64,000 nt of DNA from an uncultured virus (IMG/VR IMGVR_UViG_3300033175_000345) (Duplodnaviria; Heunggongvirae; Uroviricota; Caudoviricetes), in IMG/VR virus record IMGVR_UViG_3300033175_000345; one strand, 5' to 3'. Each line of letters opens with the position of its first letter. The stretch's first letter is position 1. The notes beneath the pieces were generated by a model, which did no database searches, was not told the DNA's origin, and saw nothing but the letters and a program-made list of their open reading frames with translations. Made by a program: the position numbers and the translations under genes. This document shows, in pieces, positions 36,083 through 46,703 of this stretch.

Positions 36083-36474
36083 GCGCGGAAAATATCGAAG
36101 AGGCGATACATGAGATACTCGTTGCCGACGCGACCGTGAAGGATCTCACGACCAGGTGCTACCCCTCGACGCTGCCGCAGGATCCCACCTATCCGCTCAT
36201 TCTCTACATGCGGGTGTACGGCGCCCGGGAAAACGCCCTGGAAGGGCCGGTGGGGATGGCGAACCCACACTTTCAGATCGAGGCATGGGCAAAGACATAT
36301 GCCGCAGCCAAAGCTCTGGCCAAGGCGGTGAGGAACGCCCTGAACGGGTACCGTGGGACAAGCGGGATGGTCCGGATAGGATCGTTTCTGATTCAATCGG
36401 AACGGGATGTCTACGAGCCGGCGGTGGCCTGTCACCGGATCATCATGGATTACTCAATATGGCATGACGAATAG
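36079..36474 (+). CDS. Tail completion/terminator protein (DUF3168-like)
   Basis: RCYP-x-x-LPQ...YP, FQIEAWA...VRNAL; position before the tail tube. Confidence 0.8.
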   Translation: MSAENIEEAIHEILVADATVKDLTTRCYPSTLPQDPTYPLILYMRVYGARENALEGPVGMANPHFQIEAWAKTYAAAKALAKAVRNALNGYRGTSGMVRIGSFLIQSERDVYEPAVACHRIIMDYSIWHDE

Positions 36475-36494
36475 AACAAAGGAGGAAACGCAGC

Positions 36495-37133
36495 ATGGCT
36501 ATTGAATCTCAAGGGACAAAAATCGAAATGGGGACCGGGTCCGGCGGAGCCGAAACGATCACGGCCATTGCACTGGGCAACCCCACGATCCTGACATCGG
36601 CGGCTCACGTCCTGGTAAACGGCGACATCGTGACCCTGTCCAATTTCGGGGGGGATGACGCGGGTGATATCAACGGCCGGGTGTGCATCGTCAGTCACGT
36701 CACCACGGACACATTTGCCGTAAACTTCGATTCGACCGGGAAAACGATCACGGACAACACCGATGCGGCCTTGGCCACGCCAGTCACGTGGACGGAAATC
36801 GGTGAGGTCACAGACTTCGGCGGCCCGGACGGCACGGCCTCCGAGATCGACACGACCCATCTCGGGTCGACGGCGAAGGAATTCCTGATGGGGCTGCCCG
36901 ATGAAGGATCCATTTCCCTGTCCATCAACTGGGAACCGTCGGATAACGGGCAGCAGGCGGTCATTGCGGCACGCAAGGCGCGGACGGAGAAGGATTTCAA
37001 GATCACCTACTCGGACTCCTCGACGGCCACCTTCAAGGGTTACGTCCTCGGGCTCAGTTCTTCCGGGGCGGTGGACGGCAAGATCGACGGTTCGATCACG
37101 ATCAGAATCACGGACGAGGTCACCTGGGCATAA
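36495..37133 (+). CDS. Tail tube protein with an inserted FCCH-like beta domain
   Basis: EIDTTHLGSTAKEFLMGLPDEG, TATFKGYV; insert ITAIALGNP...H-x-LVNGD-x-V. Confidence 0.85.
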   Translation: MAIESQGTKIEMGTGSGGAETITAIALGNPTILTSAAHVLVNGDIVTLSNFGGDDAGDINGRVCIVSHVTTDTFAVNFDSTGKTITDNTDAALATPVTWTEIGEVTDFGGPDGTASEIDTTHLGSTAKEFLMGLPDEGSISLSINWEPSDNGQQAVIAARKARTEKDFKITYSDSSTATFKGYVLGLSSSGAVDGKIDGSITIRITDEVTWA

Positions 37134-37134
37134 C

Positions 37135-37524
37135 ATGAACATTCTGACTGGAGAGAAAATGATCCATATCGGCGGGCACGATTACGTCCTGAAGTTCACC
37201 TGGCGGGCATTGTCCGAAATCGAACAAAAATACGGCGACAGCCCGAACCTGTTTGACCCGGACGTGATCGCGGTGATCGCCGCCATCGGTCTGCGCGACA
37301 GGCACCCGGAGATGAACGCCGAGCGCATCATGGACCTCTCCCCACCGCTCGTTCCATTCGCCAAGGCGGTTCAGACGGCGATTCAGTGGGCGTATTTCGG
37401 ACCCGAGGGAATACCGAACGAGGAAGGTCGCAGCGTAAAAAAAAACCAAAAAGCGGGTGGGTCATGGCGGCGTTTCATAATGCGGTTATGTCCGGCGTTT
37501 CTCCGGGAGAATTCTGGAGACTGA
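37135..37524 (+). CDS. Tail assembly chaperone (G)
   Basis: Between the tube and tape measure genes; YVLKFTWRALSEIE; A9 run near the end. Confidence 0.75.
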   Translation: MNILTGEKMIHIGGHDYVLKFTWRALSEIEQKYGDSPNLFDPDVIAVIAAIGLRDRHPEMNAERIMDLSPPLVPFAKAVQTAIQWAYFGPEGIPNEEGRSVKKNQKAGGSWRRFIMRLCPAFLRENSGD

Positions 37525-37730
37525 CACCCTATCTGACCCGCCAGGCCGTCTCCGCCTTGGCCGATGGACGGAGCGCATCGGCGTGGCTCACGGCGAACCT
37601 GTCGCGGGCCAAGAAGATGCCGAAATTGGAGAGCCTGCTTGTCAGGCGTGAAGTCGATCACGCGGACATGGAAGCCCGTATGAAGAACGCCTTAAAAAAC
37701 ATGGGTAAGAGACAATGGCAGAATCCATAG
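37437..37730 (+). CDS. Tail assembly chaperone T segment (reached by -1 frameshift)
   Basis: -1 frame after A AAA AAC; GVSPGEFWRLTP motif. Confidence 0.7.
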   Translation, partial: KKKPKSGWVMAAFHNAVMSGVSPGEFWRLTPYLTRQAVSALADGRSASAWLTANLSRAKKMPKLESLLVRREVDHADMEARMKNALKNMGKRQWQNP

Positions 37731-40243
37731 GGGCGCTTCGAGCGGAGCTTTCCGCCGGGCACGCCCAGTTTGCTTCAGACATGAAAAAGGCGCGCGACGC
37801 CGTGGTCACCAACGCCCAGGGCATGGCCAAGGGGATGGAAACCGCCAAGAAGTCGTTCAACGCCGGCACGGCCGGTCTCATGTCTTTCCGGGTCAAGGCC
37901 CTCGCCGCGGCGACGGTGACCGGGATGCTGGCCAAAACCGTTCTTGGTATAGCCGATGACTACACGCTGCTGGACAACAAGCTGAAACTCGTCACGACCT
38001 CCTCGGACAATTTGAAGGCGGTTCAGGAAGGTCTCTACCAGCAGTCCCTGAGATCTCACAGCTCTTATTCCTCCTCGGTCGATCTCTATGCCCGGTTCGC
38101 CAAGGCGACGGAGACCATGGGGACAAGCCAAAGCGACCTCCTCCGCATCACCGAAACCCTCAACAAGGCCATGGTCATCTCCGGGGCGACACAGCAGGAG
38201 GCGACCAACGGGATCATCCAGCTGTCCCAGGGCATGGCCTCAGGCGTGCTACGGGGCGAGGAATTCAATTCCATCATGGAGAACGGCTCCCGCATCGCCA
38301 AGATGCTGGCCGACTACCTCCACACGGATGTCGGCGGCCTGCGCCAAATGGCCACTGAAGGAAAAATCACCTCTGAAATCATGGTCAAGGCCTTCGCCGC
38401 GTCGGCAGGAAAAATCGACGAGGAATTCTCGAAGATGCAGCCGACGATTCAGCAGGCGATGACGGATCTCAAGACCGTTTTCGGTCGCCTCGTGAGCGAC
38501 TCCGATCGCTCCGCCGAGGGCACGAAATCAATCGCGGGAGAGATCGCCAATCTCGCCCAGACGATCGATCAGAACCGTTCCGGCATTGTCGAGCTCTTCA
38601 CGCAGATCATTTCTCTGGCCGCCCGGGCGACCAAAGCCATCGGGAACATCGGCCAGTCGCTCCAGGGCTGGGCCGCTGTGAAAAGCGGGCGTCTCGACTT
38701 CTTCGAATTCGCTACGATGAACGCCGAAGAACTGAACGCCTGGCTGAAAAAGAACAATACAGAAGCGGCGCGGATGCAAAATCTGCAAGAGAGGATCACG
38801 AAAAAGGCACGAGAAATAACCGACTTGGAATTCAAACGAGACATTCCGTTCAGCGGCAATCAGAAATACTATCAACGCCTCATCGACAACGCGACGAAAG
38901 AAAAAAAGAGACTCGAAGACGAACTCGCCGAATTGAAGGCGCCGAAGGCTGAGTCCCATTTGCTGCCGGCGAAGCCTCCCACAAAAACCACGACAAAAAC
39001 GCCTCAACCAGCGAAGAAAGATCCGGCCACGGAAGCCATAGCGTCCCTGACACGCGAGCGCGACCTGATCGGCGCCGTCACGGAAGAAGAAAAGGCGCGG
39101 TGGGAGATCGCCAAGGGCTCGTACAAGCATTTTACATCCAAACAGAAGGAAAAGATCATCCTGTTAGCCCGCGAAATAGATTCGCTGTCCGAACTCAGCA
39201 AACAGCAAACCGAGGGTGGGCAGGCCGTCGATTCCATGACAAAGGAGCGCGACCTCATCAGGGCCACGACCGAAGAGCAAAAAATCCGATGGGAAATTGA
39301 GAAAGGCGCGTACAGGAACTTTTCGGATGCGCAAAAGGAAAAACTGATCGCTCTGGCGCAGGAACTCGATGCAACCCGCAGCCTGATCGAGCAGGAGGAG
39401 GCAAAAAAGGCAAACCAAAAATCGATCGACGCCGAGATCGAGGCGCTGAAACTCCAGGCCGATACCTTCAACATGACGGCGACGGAGGCCTCCCTGTATC
39501 GCCTGACATTGCAGGAGGCGACCGCCGATCAGCTCAAGTCCGCCGAGGCCCTCCTCGGCGACATCGACGCCAAGGAACAACTCAAGCAGATCCTCGAGGA
39601 CATAAAAACCCCGCAAGAGCGGTACACCGAAACGGTGCAACGGCTGAACGATCTGCTGGATCGGGGCGTACTGTCCCAGGAGCAGTACGGCAAGGCGATG
39701 AAAAAGGCAAAAGAGGATCTGGACAGTACCCTCAAGGACGGCGAAGACAACTTCAAGAAGCTGCAGCAGACGATCGAGGGGTGGGGGCGTGATTCGGCGG
39801 ACGCTATAACCGACTTCGCCCTGGAGGGAAAGGCGTCCTTCAGCGACATGATTAACAGCATGATCAAGGACCTCCTGCGCATGATGATCTATCAGAACAT
39901 CACCGGCCCGATCTTCAGCGGCATCAGTTCATATCTGGGCGGGTTCTCGCTCTTCGGCGGCGGCAAGGCGCAAGGCGGCGCCGTATCCCCCGGCAGAATG
40001 TACGAGGTCAACGAGCGCGGCATCCCGGAACTCCTGTCGATCGGCAATCGGCAGTTCCTCATGATGGCCGGTCGCGGCGGCAGTGTGACGCCCATGGAAG
40101 AAGATGCCGGTACCGTGGGCCGCGGGAACGTGTCGATCAGCGTTCCCCTCACCATCAATGGAGACACCGACAAAATGCTGGCTGCGGAGTTGCGCCGCGA
40201 AATCGAGCAGACCTGCGAACGGATGATCCGGAGGCACTCATGA
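37715..40243 (+). CDS. Tape measure protein
   Basis: IIQLSQGMASGVLRGEEFNSIMEN tape-measure domain, long helical repeats, GG-x-V...YEVNERGIPEL. Confidence 0.93.
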   Translation: MAESIGALRAELSAGHAQFASDMKKARDAVVTNAQGMAKGMETAKKSFNAGTAGLMSFRVKALAAATVTGMLAKTVLGIADDYTLLDNKLKLVTTSSDNLKAVQEGLYQQSLRSHSSYSSSVDLYARFAKATETMGTSQSDLLRITETLNKAMVISGATQQEATNGIIQLSQGMASGVLRGEEFNSIMENGSRIAKMLADYLHTDVGGLRQMATEGKITSEIMVKAFAASAGKIDEEFSKMQPTIQQAMTDLKTVFGRLVSDSDRSAEGTKSIAGEIANLAQTIDQNRSGIVELFTQIISLAARATKAIGNIGQSLQGWAAVKSGRLDFFEFATMNAEELNAWLKKNNTEAARMQNLQERITKKAREITDLEFKRDIPFSGNQKYYQRLIDNATKEKKRLEDELAELKAPKAESHLLPAKPPTKTTTKTPQPAKKDPATEAIASLTRERDLIGAVTEEEKARWEIAKGSYKHFTSKQKEKIILLAREIDSLSELSKQQTEGGQAVDSMTKERDLIRATTEEQKIRWEIEKGAYRNFSDAQKEKLIALAQELDATRSLIEQEEAKKANQKSIDAEIEALKLQADTFNMTATEASLYRLTLQEATADQLKSAEALLGDIDAKEQLKQILEDIKTPQERYTETVQRLNDLLDRGVLSQEQYGKAMKKAKEDLDSTLKDGEDNFKKLQQTIEGWGRDSADAITDFALEGKASFSDMINSMIKDLLRMMIYQNITGPIFSGISSYLGGFSLFGGGKAQGGAVSPGRMYEVNERGIPELLSIGNRQFLMMAGRGGSVTPMEEDAGTVGRGNVSISVPLTINGDTDKMLAAELRREIEQTCERMIRRHS

Positions 40244-40629
40244 TCCTGAACGACGGCGTGACCTCCTATACCTTCAGCCTTCTGCCGGGGAGCATGACGG
40301 TGATCCGCGAAGATAAATCCTGCACCGCAGTGCAGACCTACGAAGGAGTGGCGTATTTTTCCTGGGGAACGTCCATCGTCGGAAAGGAACTCTCGTTGTC
40401 CTGGAACGCCATGCCCGCTGCGATGTGGTCGCAGTTCGAGACGTTCTTTACGGCTGACGCGCCCCTTGAGTTTGACCCGACGCTGGACGGGACGCCTTCG
40501 GCAAAAACCTACACGGTCGAGATGACGCGGTTGGACGGGGACTATTTCCTGGGCGGGTACGGCACGGGCGCGGGCTCATGGCGGCAGAACGTGACCATGA
40601 CGCTCCTCATCCTAAGCGAGGTACCCTGA
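40240..40629 (+). CDS. Putative distal tail protein
   Basis: Directly after the tape measure gene, translationally coupled. Confidence 0.6.
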   Translation: MILNDGVTSYTFSLLPGSMTVIREDKSCTAVQTYEGVAYFSWGTSIVGKELSLSWNAMPAAMWSQFETFFTADAPLEFDPTLDGTPSAKTYTVEMTRLDGDYFLGGYGTGAGSWRQNVTMTLLILSEVP

Positions 40630-43600
40630 TGTCCTTGACCCTCGATGCCGCATTGGCCGCCGCCCAAGAAAACCCCTCCCGGCGCCCCCTGGTGGAGATC
40701 ATCTCTTCACAGCGTAGTGATGACATCCCCTTCGACGGCACATTTCTCACATCCGAGACGTTCAGCGAGTTTGGCGTCAATCTCATCCCCCACTCGTCAG
40801 GCCGGCTCTGCATCGCCTATTGCTATGGCCCCGATGCGGACAGAGACTGCGGAATAAAGTATGTCTACACCGATACCGAACGCCGGGAATTCACGCCTGT
40901 CACCATCGAGCTCTACACGGACACCTCCCGCGTCATGGTAGGCGTTTCGATCTGCGAGTTGGCAGGCGGCAATATCGGACTGGTCTATCTCGTCAACGAC
41001 ACCGTCTCTCACCTCTATCGGCTTATGCGCCGGATCGTCACCGTAACGGGCGCTGCCGCCGGCAATGCCGAGATCGCCGGCTGGAGTCACGACACCTTCA
41101 CGTCCGACCCCTGGGTGCAGACCCTTGGGGCGAATTCCTACCTGCTTGTTTACGGGAAGAAAAGCGGCTCGAATTACTATCTGTATAAGAGGACCTCCAG
41201 CGATTTCGTCACCTGGTCAACGGAAGCGGCCCTGAGCATCGCAGGCCTGACATCCACCTGGCGCCTGAGCAACCCATCCATCATCAGGATCACGACTGGC
41301 GATCTCTGGCTGTGGTTCGATGTCCTCGAGAGCACCGGCCCGGGGGGCGAGCAACTGACCAACATTTATTACTCGGTTAGCACAAACGGAGGGACGACTT
41401 GGACCGCCGCGGTCAGGGTCACGAATTACGACGGCTACGGTGAGGTCGGGGGTCATCCTGTCGCGGTCCAAAAAGCGGCGAATCAGATGAATCTGATCTT
41501 CACCAGAAAGGTCGGGGCCCTTCACATGGACGACACGGCAACGGGCTGGCCGACCGGCGACACGACCGTTGAGCTGTCCTGGGACTCAACGAACCGGAAG
41601 CTGTACGCAATCAATATTCATAACGGCGGGGGGACAAAAGGTCTGCAATGTGTCGTAAAGATCGACGTGGACACCTGGAGAGTCGATCAGTACTGGGATG
41701 CCACAACAACACCGGGGTTTCCGTCCGTCATCTGCGGCGGAATATCGGCCACCGAGCACGTATGGTACTGCAACCACGTTCACGACGGCCACATCATCGC
41801 CATCACGGCGGCTCACGTTGGAAGCTCGGGGAGGTGGCTTTGGGTTCTCGACGGAGAGGCGAATACGATTACCAACTATTACTGCGACACGAACGTCGCT
41901 TACGGGTTCACGCAGAATGTAACTCACAGTATTTCGGCACACTACGGATCCTTTCATCATTGTCAGGTCGATGCCGCGAATTTGCGGGTTTACCTCTGCC
42001 TGGTAGATACCTATGTATGGCATCCCAAGGTCAGTGTCGGCTATATCGATCTCACGGAGTCGTCACCGGAATTTCACGAAATTTTCAATTATACGGATAT
42101 CGATGATACGGAAGCATACGGGGTTAGTTACAGCCTGCATGGGGGAATGTGGGTTGATGTAGACAGCGGCTACATCGTTTTGAGCTGTTCGACAGGCATG
42201 TGGCCCGGCGCCATGCTGGTATTCGATCTTGAAACCGGCGCCTTGATCGTTAAATGGACGAGCAGCGACATCGATTTCCCCTATTACGGGCTGACGAAGC
42301 CGTTTGTCTACAACGGAAAAATCTATGCAGGCATGTGCAAGTACACGAGCGGTTACGACCAAGGCGGTTTCCGCGGTCTCGCCGAAATAGACATTTCGGC
42401 GGAAACGATCACCCTGCATCGTCCTTCCTATTGCAGCAGTGACGACCATTATTTCGGGCGGCCGTCTTTATTGCAGGATGGACGGATCGCCATGACTCAC
42501 ACCTCCTACGGAGTTGCCGTTTTTGACACGATCTCGAAGACCTGGAGCCTGTTCTCCAACAACAATATCGCTGGGTTCACGGCTGACGGCAAGGAGCTGG
42601 CTTCACCATCACAGATTGCTTACGATGACACCAACGACATGATCATGGTCGGAGACGCTGGAGTTTACGGAGGTAGAAACCCGCAAGGCGTGATCATGTT
42701 TTCAGCGAACGGCTATATTCGGCAGGCATCTTACGCGATCGGCACGAATCCCGGCGGGGGCTGGTCCTTTTCCGAGGCAGGAAGCCTCGTACAAGGATTC
42801 CTGGATTATGACGCGGCGGCCGCCGTCGAGCCCGGGACATCGACCTCCGCCTATGTTTTCTGGACGCACGAGGGTACAGATGGCGAGAAAAGCATCAAAT
42901 GGGACAAGGACGGATCAAGCGTGGATCTGTCCCCCTACATCGCAGGCGAGGTTGCAACGGAACAGACGATCAGCGGACAGCCGGCGACGTTGTCGTTCTC
43001 GGTCAGTCACGGACATCTCTTCGACCCTTACAATTTGTCCAGTCTTCTGAGCCCCGTTCTCAAAAAGGGGCGCAAGCTCGTTCTGAGATGGGGTGAAAAA
43101 ATAGGCGGCGTCGACTATTGGCAGAACGCCGGGACCTTTTTCGTTACGGGAACCTCCCTGGGTTTCCAGCGGGGGGAATACCCTGTCATGCAGGTGACGG
43201 CGGAGGACCAGCGCTGCCTGTGGCAGCACGGGCATGTCTATGCGACGGAGGTATACAACAACCTGCCCGGGGAAATCATCACGGATTTGCTTATCGATCT
43301 GGCCAATATGACGCTGGAGGACATCAATCTTCCCGCTTTTGCCGGGGAGAGCAGACTCCAAATGCAGTGGATCGAAAGCACGCTCGATGAAATCATCACC
43401 CAGGTTTGCGAGCGGTTCGGTTATTACTTCCGGTTCGACTGTGACGGCAAGGCCCATGCACGGCGGATCAGCAACACGGCCGGCATAGACCACATCTATC
43501 CTGACAACACAAAACTGATCAAATATTCCCCGGACGACAAATATTCTGACTTCACCAATCGGGTCACGGTGCGTGGGCAGGAAATGGACTTTACGACGGT

Positions 43601-44387
43601 CCAGTACGCCGAGGAGCGTATCACGCAGCTTTCCGGTACGCTCGGCTGGTGGGGATGCAAGGCGGATCATGTCGTTTGGTACTCCGATGATAAAAGCAGA
43701 AGATGCCTCTCCCCCCGTCTGGTTGCCCTCGAAACGTCGACAAGCATCCCCTTCCAGCTGGCGGGCGGCGTGGATGAGCACATCGAGGAATGCGCCGCCG
43801 GCGACGACTACAAATTCTGCACGGTTTACATGAAGGCGCCGAATTTGATCGGCATGCTCGCGGCTTCGATCGCCCTGTACATTGTCGGGAACAAAATAGG
43901 CGATGCGGTCGTGTCATGGGGCGCTGGATGGACCCAACCCGTGGGCAGGCTTATAGAGGGTCTCGCCGTCATGCCGGCTTTGATGATTCTGGGTTCAACA
44001 GCGAACTATCAAATCGAAGTATGGGCGACGCCGTTGGGTTCGTTGAGAAGAAGCGTCCAGGGTTCATGGAATGATGAAGAACACCAAACCGAAATCAAAG
44101 CCGTCGTCGAGCAAGTGGTGGATGACCCTCTCTGCTATTCGGTGGCGGATTGTGTGGCGGTGGCGTCCTTCGAGGGCATGGTCGCTCAGATGCAGAGGCG
44201 GAGGGTGACGATAACGAAAGTCGCTCATTTGCAGGATGAGGACGGCGACACCATTCGCGTAACACACCCCTATTCCGGTGAGGACCTGGATCTATTCGTC
44301 GCATCCCTCAAAAGGACGTTCAAGAAGGCGGATACCGGCGGTGACGGCTATTTTTTCGATGAAATAGAGGGCTGGGTGGTGTCATGA
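40629..44387 (+). CDS. Large tail tip/baseplate protein with beta-propeller-like region
   Basis: Asp-box-like SVSTNGGTTW, aromatic beta repeats, C-terminal hub-like region (FRFDCDG, NRVTVRG). Confidence 0.7.
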   Translation: MSLTLDAALAAAQENPSRRPLVEIISSQRSDDIPFDGTFLTSETFSEFGVNLIPHSSGRLCIAYCYGPDADRDCGIKYVYTDTERREFTPVTIELYTDTSRVMVGVSICELAGGNIGLVYLVNDTVSHLYRLMRRIVTVTGAAAGNAEIAGWSHDTFTSDPWVQTLGANSYLLVYGKKSGSNYYLYKRTSSDFVTWSTEAALSIAGLTSTWRLSNPSIIRITTGDLWLWFDVLESTGPGGEQLTNIYYSVSTNGGTTWTAAVRVTNYDGYGEVGGHPVAVQKAANQMNLIFTRKVGALHMDDTATGWPTGDTTVELSWDSTNRKLYAINIHNGGGTKGLQCVVKIDVDTWRVDQYWDATTTPGFPSVICGGISATEHVWYCNHVHDGHIIAITAAHVGSSGRWLWVLDGEANTITNYYCDTNVAYGFTQNVTHSISAHYGSFHHCQVDAANLRVYLCLVDTYVWHPKVSVGYIDLTESSPEFHEIFNYTDIDDTEAYGVSYSLHGGMWVDVDSGYIVLSCSTGMWPGAMLVFDLETGALIVKWTSSDIDFPYYGLTKPFVYNGKIYAGMCKYTSGYDQGGFRGLAEIDISAETITLHRPSYCSSDDHYFGRPSLLQDGRIAMTHTSYGVAVFDTISKTWSLFSNNNIAGFTADGKELASPSQIAYDDTNDMIMVGDAGVYGGRNPQGVIMFSANGYIRQASYAIGTNPGGGWSFSEAGSLVQGFLDYDAAAAVEPGTSTSAYVFWTHEGTDGEKSIKWDKDGSSVDLSPYIAGEVATEQTISGQPATLSFSVSHGHLFDPYNLSSLLSPVLKKGRKLVLRWGEKIGGVDYWQNAGTFFVTGTSLGFQRGEYPVMQVTAEDQRCLWQHGHVYATEVYNNLPGEIITDLLIDLANMTLEDINLPAFAGESRLQMQWIESTLDEIITQVCERFGYYFRFDCDGKAHARRISNTAGIDHIYPDNTKLIKYSPDDKYSDFTNRVTVRGQEMDFTTVQYAEERITQLSGTLGWWGCKADHVVWYSDDKSRRCLSPRLVALETSTSIPFQLAGGVDEHIEECAAGDDYKFCTVYMKAPNLIGMLAASIALYIVGNKIGDAVVSWGAGWTQPVGRLIEGLAVMPALMILGSTANYQIEVWATPLGSLRRSVQGSWNDEEHQTEIKAVVEQVVDDPLCYSVADCVAVASFEGMVAQMQRRRVTITKVAHLQDEDGDTIRVTHPYSGEDLDLFVASLKRTFKKADTGGDGYFFDEIEGWVVS

Positions 44388-45475
44388 GGCTCTATAACGG
44401 CAGACTGCTCAAGACCCGGGTCCGGCGGCAGATTACACAGGCGCAGGAGCTGCGCGATGCCATTGTCATGGACGTAAATCCGGGAAGTCACTATTGCCGG
44501 GTGAAAATACAGGGCTCCAACACCTTGATCAAGGCGTGGTACCCCGAAAACTGGGAAAGCACGCCGGTCTACTTGAAACCGGGGAACGCCGTCAGGATCA
44601 ATCTGCCGGGCGGCAACAAATCGCGAATCGAAATCATGGGGCATGGCGTGTTGCTGCCAACGGCTGTTGCCGGCGGGTCGGTCACCCCTGAACCGGCGAC
44701 TTTACCCGACACCATTCTGACCGGCTGTGCCGTCAGAGCGACAAATCCCGCCACCATGAAGGCAACCATCGATCCCGGCACGTTCAGAATCGACGGGCTC
44801 ACTTATGCGTTGAGCGGAATGATGATGGACAGATCGGATATCGTCATGGACAGGAACGATCTCCAGATGGACAGTGTCGGCGGGTCCGTTTCCTTCGATG
44901 CGGCGTCAACGACTTATTTCCGTTACGACACCATCCAAGTGGGGTCCGACGGGATCGTGGAAGTCGTCAAGGGTGCCAATTTCTCGGCTGGCGGCACGAT
45001 TCCCGGTCCCCCGGGAGCGAATGCCGATCACCTGGCCATCGGTTTTGTGCTGATCCCTCCCAACTGCACGGCGATAACGGAGTTTAACATCAATAAATCA
45101 TTCACGATACCGATCCCTTCGAGTTTGTCCTCGGTGGTCGACGATGATGAACTGGAGTGGACAGACACGTCGACGGTTATCCATGTATCCATCAAAGACC
45201 AATACGGCAACTATTACCGCAACACGAACCCCGGACACTGTTTTACTTTTACCTGGGTGACGGGAAACGGCACTCTTTCATATGGCGGTGAGTCCCAGGA
45301 TGAAACAGCGTCATTCAGATTCTATTATTCCGGTTCCACAAACGCGGCTGTCACATATACGAGAGACGGCGAGCTGACGGACCGATCCGTAACGCTGATC
45401 ATAACGGAAAGCCTTACGGGGCTGTCCTCCTATGCATCGATCGTGTTGTTGGATTCACTGGGCCAACCCATGTAA
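44384..45475 (+). CDS. Putative tail spike/fibre-associated protein
   Basis: N-terminal OB-like (CRVKIQG...LKPGNAVRI), Thr/Ser-rich beta C-terminus. Confidence 0.6.
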   Translation: MRLYNGRLLKTRVRRQITQAQELRDAIVMDVNPGSHYCRVKIQGSNTLIKAWYPENWESTPVYLKPGNAVRINLPGGNKSRIEIMGHGVLLPTAVAGGSVTPEPATLPDTILTGCAVRATNPATMKATIDPGTFRIDGLTYALSGMMMDRSDIVMDRNDLQMDSVGGSVSFDAASTTYFRYDTIQVGSDGIVEVVKGANFSAGGTIPGPPGANADHLAIGFVLIPPNCTAITEFNINKSFTIPIPSSLSSVVDDDELEWTDTSTVIHVSIKDQYGNYYRNTNPGHCFTFTWVTGNGTLSYGGESQDETASFRFYYSGSTNAAVTYTRDGELTDRSVTLIITESLTGLSSYASIVLLDSLGQPM

Positions 45476-45484
45476 GGAGGGAGA

Positions 45485-45688
45485 ATGTTTAAACAAACAA
45501 CAGCAGCACTGGAATCTATCGCCGCAAGCCTCGCAAGCATCGCGGCGGACATGAAGCATATGAGGGAAGAACAAGAAAAAATGATCCAGCAAGCCGATCA
45601 AGTTAAAGAGCGTCTCCCTCAACAGTTCATGGAGATATTTTCAGCGACGAAAAAAGCTTTGGAAGGAGGGCTCAAAGGTGGGGACTAA
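45485..45688 (+). CDS. Small coiled-coil hypothetical protein
   Basis: AAGGAGG RBS; 67 aa. Confidence 0.55.
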   Translation: MFKQTTAALESIAASLASIAADMKHMREEQEKMIQQADQVKERLPQQFMEIFSATKKALEGGLKGGD

Positions 45689-46604
45689 TCATCATACAGC
45701 CTGGGCGGCGGGGACGACAAGTTTTACGGCGGCGTCCATGAATCCGGCCCTGGCCTCACTCGACAGGGCGATCACCTACCATAAAGGCGCCCTTGTCGGA
45801 TGCGACGGCACGCTGTCCTGGGCGGCGGGGACGTTAACCTGGTCAGGAACACTGCACATCTATTTTACCAGCGCGGCCGGGAACGCAGTCCACAACTCGG
45901 TGACCGCGGGTAGCATCGCCCTGGCCGATTCGGAATTCGCCTATGTGACTTTATCGGAAACAAACAATGCCGTCATAACCGTCTCCAAGACAACCATCGG
46001 TGCGGGATCGGCTTCGGGCTTCATGGCCTATAACATCCTTGTGCTCGGCTATCGAAATGCGGCGGATGACAACTTCTATCCCGAAGAGCTTGCCGGCGTG
46101 TTCGCCCAGATGATAGCCGGGTCGGCCTTCGTGGAAAAGGCAGCCTTCAACGCCCATACGATCCTCTATGCGGTGTCGGACAACACCCCGGCCGCACTGA
46201 CAGTTGATGAACAGCGGATTATAGGGCGAAAGGCAGGCGGAAATATCGCCGCTTTGACGGGAGCGGATGTTCTCGGCATCACCCAGGCCCTCGACGGCCG
46301 CCAACACTCGATTACCTGTGCAGATACCGTTACGGTCGACTGGAGTGCCGGAGGAACCCAATACATGACCTTCGACCGCGACACCGTGACTGTGACCTTC
46401 TCCAACCCGACAGCTGGCGGTGTCTACCGACTCCTCCTCCAACAATCATCGGAGGGATCAGACTCGATTACATGGAGCACAACAATAAAGTGGCGCGGTG
46501 GATCCGCTCCCGCACTCACGGCCACGGGCAACGCGGTGGACATCCTGACCTTCACATATGCTAATTCTGTCTGGTACGGCGACGTTTCCCTAAATTTCGC
46601 GTGA
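45678..46604 (+). CDS. Putative tail fibre protein
   Basis: C-terminal ITWSTTIKWRGGSAPALT...VDILTF motif resembles phage fibre tips. Confidence 0.65.
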   Translation: MGTNHHTAWAAGTTSFTAASMNPALASLDRAITYHKGALVGCDGTLSWAAGTLTWSGTLHIYFTSAAGNAVHNSVTAGSIALADSEFAYVTLSETNNAVITVSKTTIGAGSASGFMAYNILVLGYRNAADDNFYPEELAGVFAQMIAGSAFVEKAAFNAHTILYAVSDNTPAALTVDEQRIIGRKAGGNIAALTGADVLGITQALDGRQHSITCADTVTVDWSAGGTQYMTFDRDTVTVTFSNPTAGGVYRLLLQQSSEGSDSITWSTTIKWRGGSAPALTATGNAVDILTFTYANSVWYGDVSLNFA

Positions 46605-46703
46605 GGTAATTATGCCTTTATCTTTAGGGGCGCCCTATGTCTATAGAATTACCTGAATCCCGGGCCAACCCCGCCTTGTGTTAGAAAAGTGCCGTATTCT
46701 CTA

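Noticed and set aside
40629..46604. Diversity-generating retroelement or invertible tail-fibre cassette
   Set aside because: No reverse transcriptase, template/variable repeat pair or invertase seen
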